From IMG/VR virus record IMGVR_UViG_3300025146_000015, positions 1 through 60,672 of that record: DNA of 60,672 bases; one strand, 5' to 3'. This DNA comes from a virus. Taxonomy: Duplodnaviria > Caudoviricetes. The notes below the pieces were generated by a model. The model saw only the letters and a program-made list of their open reading frames with translations, searched no databases and was not told where the DNA came from. The first letter of the stretch is position 1. Each line of letters begins with the position of its first letter. Position numbers and translations under genes: made by a program. Positions 55,059 through 60,672 of the stretch are shown in pieces.

Positions 55059-55350
55059 GAGCTGGGCAACGAAAAGCGAGAAGAACAACGAGCGGGCTAG
55101 GGTCAACGAAGTGATGACGCGTCAGCGAGCGAGCGCAATCCAACGAAAGCGGGCACGACGAAACGAGGGGCCGCCAGCGAGCGACAAGCGTCCAGCGAAG
55201 CGAGCGAATGCCACTGAGCGACCGAGGCTCAACGAAGCGAACCACCGGCAACGAGCGAGGGTCCAACAACGAAGTGACAGCTGTCGAGCGAGCGCAACGA
55301 AAAGCGGAAAGAAGAATAGACAACGAAGCGATCCGGAGCGACTGAAAGGA
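55053..55350 (+). ncRNA. TIGR-like dual-repeat array
   Basis: Alternating AACGAA(A)nGYGA and ANYGAGCGA repeats separated by mostly 9-nt variable spacers; unit about 37 nt. Confidence 0.8.
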
Positions 55351-55359
55351 ACCTCATCA

Positions 55360-56406
55360 ATGAAACGACAGACGAGCACTGAAAGCACCACGACACTGAA
55401 AAAGGTCGAACGCAAACTGAAGGGCAAGCGGGTCGCCGTGCCCGTGTACGACGACCCAAGGACAGAGCTCCGGCGCCTCGTCAAGGTTCACAAGTCTTTG
55501 ACGAAGGCGTCGGTCGCGCTGCACCACATGGCCAGTGACCGACAGCGCCCACCGAACCTACCGAACGACATGGACACGGTCCGCTCTGAGGCTGCGTCGA
55601 GAGGGTCGATGGCAGACACGAAGTCGATTGACGCCGTGCTTGCGGGGACCGCCACAGCGGCGCAGAAGGTGCGCGCCGAATACCTGCAGAAGAACGTCGT
55701 CTGTCTGCTCCCGAAGGATGACCAAGAGGATCTGCTATCAGCGTCAAAGAGGCGCAGCGCCTCAGCTGCAAAGCTCGAGTCAGCGATGGTGAAGGAGCTC
55801 CGGAAGCTGGACGTCTACAAGCTCTTCATGGTCAACGTCTTCGGGCTCGGCCCCGTGGTATCCGGATACCTGGGTGCCATGGTCGACATTCAGAAGGCGG
55901 AGAAGCCGAGCCAGCTGATCCGGTATTGCGGGTATGCCTGCATCGACGGCAAGGCCGAGCGGCGCCGGGAAGGGTTCGCGCCACGCACAGGGATCACTGG
56001 CAACGCCGAGGCGAAGGGCACGTTCAACCTCGAACTGAAGACCCGCATTTGGCAGGCCATGGCAGCAATGTGGAAGAACGGGGCGAAGTCGAACTGCACG
56101 ACCAAGTACCTCACGCGGTGGCGGCAGGAGAAAGATCGGCGGCTCCTCCAGGGACAGACGAAGGGCAAGGCACACGATGCGGGCCGACGTGCAGCGACGG
56201 ACCTCCTGCTGTACGACCTGTACCTGGTCTGGCGCGCCATCGAGGGCCTGCCGTCATGGGTGACGTGGTACGACTGGACGAGGGGCTACGAGCACGGACG
56301 CGGCCCCCTGCCCCGAGAGAACGCGCCAAGAATGCTGACGGTCGACGAGGCACTGGCCATCGTCGGCAACGTCGGGAAGGACATCGTCGCAATTGCGGCG
56401 GAGTGA
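55360..56406 (+). CDS. tasA: IS110-related Nop-domain RNA-binding protein lacking a nuclease domain (TasA-like)
   Basis: GLGPVVSGYL...KPSQLIRYCGY...FNLELKT...AHDAGRR...LYLVWRAIEGLP; no N-terminal DEDD/RuvC; arrays on both sides. Confidence 0.75.
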   Translation: MKRQTSTESTTTLKKVERKLKGKRVAVPVYDDPRTELRRLVKVHKSLTKASVALHHMASDRQRPPNLPNDMDTVRSEAASRGSMADTKSIDAVLAGTATAAQKVRAEYLQKNVVCLLPKDDQEDLLSASKRRSASAAKLESAMVKELRKLDVYKLFMVNVFGLGPVVSGYLGAMVDIQKAEKPSQLIRYCGYACIDGKAERRREGFAPRTGITGNAEAKGTFNLELKTRIWQAMAAMWKNGAKSNCTTKYLTRWRQEKDRRLLQGQTKGKAHDAGRRAATDLLLYDLYLVWRAIEGLPSWVTWYDWTRGYEHGRGPLPRENAPRMLTVDEALAIVGNVGKDIVAIAAE

Positions 56407-56530
56407 GTGAGGTTCAACGAAGCGAACCATGCTATTGAGCGAACGATGAATCAACGAAGCGAAGGCCCGACATCGAGCGAAACACGGCCAACGAAGCAAA
56501 TGACATCCAACGAAAAGCGAGACCAAATGA
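56401..56530 (+). ncRNA. second TIGR-like array
   Basis: Same repeats with seven 8-10 nt spacers (gtgaggttc, accatgct, acgatgaatc, aggcccgac, aacacggcc, atgacatcc, gaccaaatg). Confidence 0.75.
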
Positions 56531-56683
56531 AACACCTATGCATACTGATCACGGCAACCCTCCTGGCCTGCAACACCGTCTGAAGTTCGGACTGACGACG
56601 AGCCACGTCCGGGTTCTCGAAGGAGCGTACCAGGGGCGCGCCGGATGGCTTGTCAACGAATGGACAATGGGAAGGTGAAAACC

Positions 56684-56950
56684 ATGGCTAAGAAGATAGG
56701 ATTAGGCGACAAGGTCAAGGATCGAATCACGGGCTTCGACGGCATCGTGGTGTGCCGAGCCGAGTGGCTGAACGGCTGCGTGCGATTCACGGTGCAGCCG
56801 ACCAAGCTCAAGGACGGCAGGGCGATCGACACGGATTGCTTCGATGAGAATCAACTCGTGTTGCTGAAAGCAGGGGCCTACCAAGACTCCGCCGCGCCTA
56901 GCGGAGGGCCACGGCCTAAACAGCGCATGCCACCGAATCCGAGCAGGTGA
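56684..56950 (+). CDS. conserved small SH3-like phage protein
   Basis: LGDKVKDRITGFDGIVVCRAEWLNGC. Confidence 0.7.
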   Translation: MAKKIGLGDKVKDRITGFDGIVVCRAEWLNGCVRFTVQPTKLKDGRAIDTDCFDENQLVLLKAGAYQDSAAPSGGPRPKQRMPPNPSR

Positions 56951-57041
56951 GCCCCAAAGAAAAACCCCGGCGAGTCTTTTGGGTGAGAGTCGCCGGGGGG
57001 CTTAGAGAGATCGAGCGGCTAGCCTGGAGAAAGGCTACCGC

Positions 57042-58163
57042 ATGCATACCGTCCAGGCAACCGAACGACACATCCGAATCGACCCTCACCGCAGGCGCGC
57101 CCAACAGCTGCCGTTCTCGGCAGAGCTCGAGTGGCTGCTGAACGTTGCTGAGACTGTGCTCGGGGAACGGAGCAGCGCGGGGGCTCAGCTGGCGACTATC
57201 GAGTTCGGGCCAGGTCCCCATGGAGACCCCGCCCAGTGCGAGCCAGGGGGCAGGGCCTACGCGCTGGGCGTCGGCACGCGCCAAGTCGCCTACCTGCGGC
57301 GCTGGTGGACGCTAGAGTCGCGGCACCGCCCACCGCTCCTCGCCTACTACGGCCGGTTCCGCGCGGCGGCCGTGCTGGTGAGGTCACCTGGTAGTCACCG
57401 GCGTCGACCCGTCCTCGACTCCCTCGCTCCCATCGTGCGCAGAATCTCCCAGGACGCAGGCCAGACCGAGATCGAAGATCTATCGGGCGCGAAGGGTCGC
57501 GAAGAGGCTGCATGGATCGCCCGGGACCCAGAGGAGGCCACGAGGCTACGCCGGGAGACGCGGCGCTCACAGGACGACCAGGAGCGGGCCCGAGACGCCG
57601 ATACGCGAGCCAACGCCTCCTCCAGGCGCCTGGCGGGGGCCATGGCGTGGTGGTCCTCCACCGAGGAGGCCGAAGCCAGACTGGCAAGGGTCACCGACCA
57701 GCTCATCATCGCGGACCAGGAGGTCGGTGCGGCCAGGGAGTCGGCAGCGCAGTTGATACCCGATGCCATTGCCCGCCTCCTTGACACCCGCAGGAGGCTG
57801 GTAGCCGGGCTCCACGGGGAGGCGCCGCTCTGCCTCCAGGCTGCCCGCCTCGCTGCGCTAGAGGCTCGTCTGTGTGTATTCGGGTCACCCGGGACGAAAC
57901 GAGCTCTGAGGGCCCTTTCTGTGGCACTGGCGAGGGTCGCAGATCTGGAGGCGCTCTGCCACGAGTGGCTAGTCGACGACGATTGGCGGCCACTGGTCCG
58001 GCTGGTGGAGGCCCATGGCGGAGGTCCGGGGACGAGCGGTCCAGCCTACCGCGAGCTCGGGCAGCTCAAGCGGCGCGCCGAGGGCATTGTCCGGGAGGCT
58101 CACCGAGCCTGGGCGGACACGGCGCCGCAGGAATCCGAGTCCACGGTGGAGGTGATCCAGTGA
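57042..58163 (+). CDS. hypothetical helical protein
   Basis: 373 aa ORF; start uncertain. Confidence 0.5.
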   Translation: MHTVQATERHIRIDPHRRRAQQLPFSAELEWLLNVAETVLGERSSAGAQLATIEFGPGPHGDPAQCEPGGRAYALGVGTRQVAYLRRWWTLESRHRPPLLAYYGRFRAAAVLVRSPGSHRRRPVLDSLAPIVRRISQDAGQTEIEDLSGAKGREEAAWIARDPEEATRLRRETRRSQDDQERARDADTRANASSRRLAGAMAWWSSTEEAEARLARVTDQLIIADQEVGAARESAAQLIPDAIARLLDTRRRLVAGLHGEAPLCLQAARLAALEARLCVFGSPGTKRALRALSVALARVADLEALCHEWLVDDDWRPLVRLVEAHGGGPGTSGPAYRELGQLKRRAEGIVREAHRAWADTAPQESESTVEVIQ

Positions 58164-58624
58164 CCAGGGTAGCGAGGTGTACACCTCCAAACCCTGAGGC
58201 CGCGGCCCTCACAGACCTCATGAGCATTCGCCAGGCCGTGGAGGCCGTGGGGGAGTCACCGACCCCGGAGGCTTGCCAGCGGATGAGGCGACGCATGGAG
58301 CTTATCGACGCCCGCGCTGGTGGGAAGATCCTGCGAACCCTCGAGGGGAGGCGGCAGAGCGGCTGCAAGCTCTGGATCTCCAAGGCAGCCCTGATGTGTG
58401 AACTTCGCACCGACTACGCTCGGCACGACACCGAGCTGTCGGGACTACGATGCCAGCTCGAAGGGGTCGAGCGGAGGCTCTCAGGACTGGGCCGAGCACA
58501 CCGCAAGCTCGGGCGGCGCGTGACAGATTTTCAGGATCGCCAGGAAAAGATCAACCACCTCAGTACCGCAGCAATACAGGCAGTTGAGACACTCGCCCAC
58601 ACTGTCGCGGAACGTCAAACCTAG
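58160..58624 (+). CDS. hypothetical protein (HTH-like N-terminus plus coiled coil)
   Basis: GGAGGTG RBS; GTGA overlap. Confidence 0.5.
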   Translation: MTRVARCTPPNPEAAALTDLMSIRQAVEAVGESPTPEACQRMRRRMELIDARAGGKILRTLEGRRQSGCKLWISKAALMCELRTDYARHDTELSGLRCQLEGVERRLSGLGRAHRKLGRRVTDFQDRQEKINHLSTAAIQAVETLAHTVAERQT

Positions 58625-58863
58625 TCAAACCTGGCTTTGCCTCGCGCGGTACAGGGTAGCAGCATGCGAGAGCGGCCAATCGCGGGCATGACCCGCAGGC
58701 CCCGAGTCATCGACGCCACCCAATAGGCCTCGCTGAGCAACCGTGAGAGGGCGAAACGGGCCATCAGGGTCGAGCCCCGACCGATGTTGACCGCCACCCT
58801 GGCGGAAGCCTGCATCGCACGGCAGATCGCACGACTCACCCAGGCCCCCGAGGACACGACCTG

Positions 58864-59556
58864 ATGTTCGTCATCGACGACCGCCAGATTCGCCACCTGG
58901 CAGCCCGCCTGAAGGACTCACCCAAGGCCGTCGGCTACGCGGCTCGCAACACACTCAACCGCCAGGCTTTCGACGCTCGGAAGGCGTGGCAGGGCGAGAT
59001 GCGGTCGACGTTCACGCTGCGCAACACTTGGACGATGGGCAGCATCCGGGTCGAAAAGGCGAGCGGCTACTCGCTCCAGACCATGCAGTCCCGGGTGGGC
59101 AGCGGCCTCAACTACCTCGAGACTCAGGAGGAGGGCGGGGCGAAGCCGGGCGGCGGCGCCTACGGGCAGCCCATCCCGACCAGCGTCGCATCCGGTGAGG
59201 GCCGAGGCGCGAGGCCCCGCAAGCGGACGGTACGGGCTAGGTATAAGCTCGGTGCCATCACGCTGCAGCAACGCCCGGGCGGGAGCCGCAAGCAGCGCAA
59301 CGCGGCAGCCATCCAGCAGGCGCGGCGCAAGGGCACCAAGTACGCGTTCCTCGAGCTCGGAAAGGGCACTGGAATCGCGCAGATCCCGAAGGGTAAGCGG
59401 GGTAAGATCCAGCTGATCTGGAGCCTGGCGCATTCCGGCGTGAAGGTGCCCCCGCACCCGACTCTCGGACCGGCAGTTGCGAAGGTCCAGAGGCGCTTCC
59501 CACGATACGCGGCGGCCGAGCTCCTCCGACAACTCAAGCGGGCAAAGCTCGCGTAG
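58864..59556 (+). CDS. basic minor tail/neck-like protein
   Basis: AARNTLNRQAFDARK...FTLRNTWT; 230 aa, very basic. Confidence 0.6.
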   Translation: MFVIDDRQIRHLAARLKDSPKAVGYAARNTLNRQAFDARKAWQGEMRSTFTLRNTWTMGSIRVEKASGYSLQTMQSRVGSGLNYLETQEEGGAKPGGGAYGQPIPTSVASGEGRGARPRKRTVRARYKLGAITLQQRPGGSRKQRNAAAIQQARRKGTKYAFLELGKGTGIAQIPKGKRGKIQLIWSLAHSGVKVPPHPTLGPAVAKVQRRFPRYAAAELLRQLKRAKLA

Positions 59557-60016
59557 GACGACAACCACCATGGCAAACGAAGGCCTCCTTGGGGTCCAGC
59601 ACTGTCTTTCACCGGACCCGGCCGGGAACGCAGATCTGGCGAAGATCGTCCGAATCCTATCGGGTCGGTACGCGGGATACTTCGCGACCACCACGCTTCT
59701 GGCGGCACTCCTCGCCGACCTTCCGATCTGCCTTCGACGGCTTCCCGGCGCCGGTTGAGCCATGGAAGAATCGTTCACCATGGCCGATTCGTCTGAAACG
59801 GGGCAATCGCTCCCCGAGTAGATCTTCTACGTGAACCCCGTGATCGCGCTGCTCGGCTATCGCTTTTACCTGGGAAAGGCCAGTGACGAATCGAGAATCT
59901 TGGTCCTGTCGAAGGAGCCGCTGGGCTCGGGCACCGCTACGATCGTCGAGCTTTCGTCCTCTGTGTGGATTCACGTGTCTTCTTCGAACTGACCTCGTAC
60001 ACGGACACTCGAGGCG

Positions 60017-60439
60017 GTGCTCGGAGAGCTCGGCCCCTACCGCGTCAAGGTCGCGAGCCTGGCATTCGGCTTCGCCCAGGTGGCTGCCATCGGGGCTGTG
60101 ACCGACGGGGCCATCGACTTCGCGGCCGCTCTACCCGTAGGTGCAGTGCGGCTCGGCGGGTACGCGGACGTCACGGCCGTGTTCGACAACGCGGGAAACA
60201 CGGCGTCCCTGTCGTTTGACCTCGGGGTAGCTTCCCCGGGGGACACGGACGGTTGGCTCGACGGCGGCGCACTCGATGCGGTGGCCAAGGTGTCCAGCCC
60301 CCTCGGCGTCGTCGTCCCCAACTTCGCAGGCGGATCGCTGCCGAGCGTCATGATTCACTCGGATGTCAACTGCGACACCATCACCAAGGGTGCGGCGGTT
60401 GCGTACATCCCGTACTTCGAGCAGTTTAAGCCAGCGTGA
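60017..60439 (+). CDS. hypothetical beta-rich protein (possible capsid decoration)
   Basis: GAGG RBS before GTG; LPVGAV...DVTAVFD...DLG...DTDGWL. Confidence 0.5.
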   Translation: MLGELGPYRVKVASLAFGFAQVAAIGAVTDGAIDFAAALPVGAVRLGGYADVTAVFDNAGNTASLSFDLGVASPGDTDGWLDGGALDAVAKVSSPLGVVVPNFAGGSLPSVMIHSDVNCDTITKGAAVAYIPYFEQFKPA

Positions 60440-60627
60440 CCGATGCTGGCCGGCCAGAGGCTCAGTTACGCCACAGACAAGTCAGCATCACAAAACAGCA
60501 TGTTTCTTGCTGATTTGTCATCCGGCCATCATGAACACACGTAAAAGTAGCCGTGTTTCTGTTCGGTTGCTAAAACAGCACAAAACAAGGCAGTTTATGC
60601 AACGCGAAAACAGCATAAAACATGCTG

Positions 60628-60662
60628 GGTCCTGTGGCCGGGGCCCCACGCCACGCGGGTTT
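60628..60662 (+). other. possible cos region (lambda cosQ/cosN-like)
   Basis: GGGTCCT...CGCGGGTTT resembles the lambda cos flanks; preceded by an AT-rich tract with AAAACAGCA repeats. Confidence 0.45.
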
Positions 60663-60672
60663 GAGTCAGGCC

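Noticed and set aside
55015-55359. Arg-rich N-terminal extension of the TasA-like ORF
   Set aside because: It is read-through of the array; the RBS supports ATG 55360
55053-56530. CRISPR array or active IS110 element
   Set aside because: Repeats and spacers are about 9-10 nt and alternate between two types; the protein lacks the DEDD catalytic domain
56590-56625. Hammerhead ribozyme (CTGACGA...GAAG)
   Set aside because: The core lacks GAAA and I could not build stems I and III

Overview
A GC-rich temperate phage genome lacking only the terminase/portal/capsid block, which probably lies just beyond the window ends. Layout: Mu-like contractile-tail and baseplate module (1-21.6 kb, +); lipoproteins, papain-like peptidase, HNH endonuclease and endolysin (21.6-26 kb); a leftward accessory/recombination arm with ibrAB, a RecT-like gene and a PD-(D/E)XK exonuclease (26.5-39.6 kb, -); a lambda-like repressor/cro switch with paired operators (39.6-40.4 kb); a rightward arm with antirepressor, two ParB genes, xis/int with an intact-looking attP (3' half of tRNA-Leu(CAG)), adenine methylase, AAA+ ATPase and a replication initiator with iterons; and a probable cos-like site at the right end. 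The main highlights are two apparent RNA-guided systems. (1) A stand-alone ~187 aa Cas7/RAMP-like gene flanked by five tracts of GG(C/T)-NN pentamers, with two 43-nt tRNA-like T-loop elements between the downstream tracts (31.4-32.6 kb); this fits my recollection of VIPR systems. (2) A nuclease-less IS110/Nop-domain (TasA-like) gene flanked by dual-repeat arrays with 9-nt spacers (TIGR-like, 55.0-56.5 kb). Other notable items: a 32x HxH tail needle with mirror-image co-duplicated repeats, two sigma54 promoters with a triple-palindrome enhancer, a GTA-like head-spike base/fibre pair with a split repeat domain, and a -1 frameshift in the tail chaperone. All protein assignments come from motif recognition by eye with no database searches. 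A myxobacterial host is an inference.
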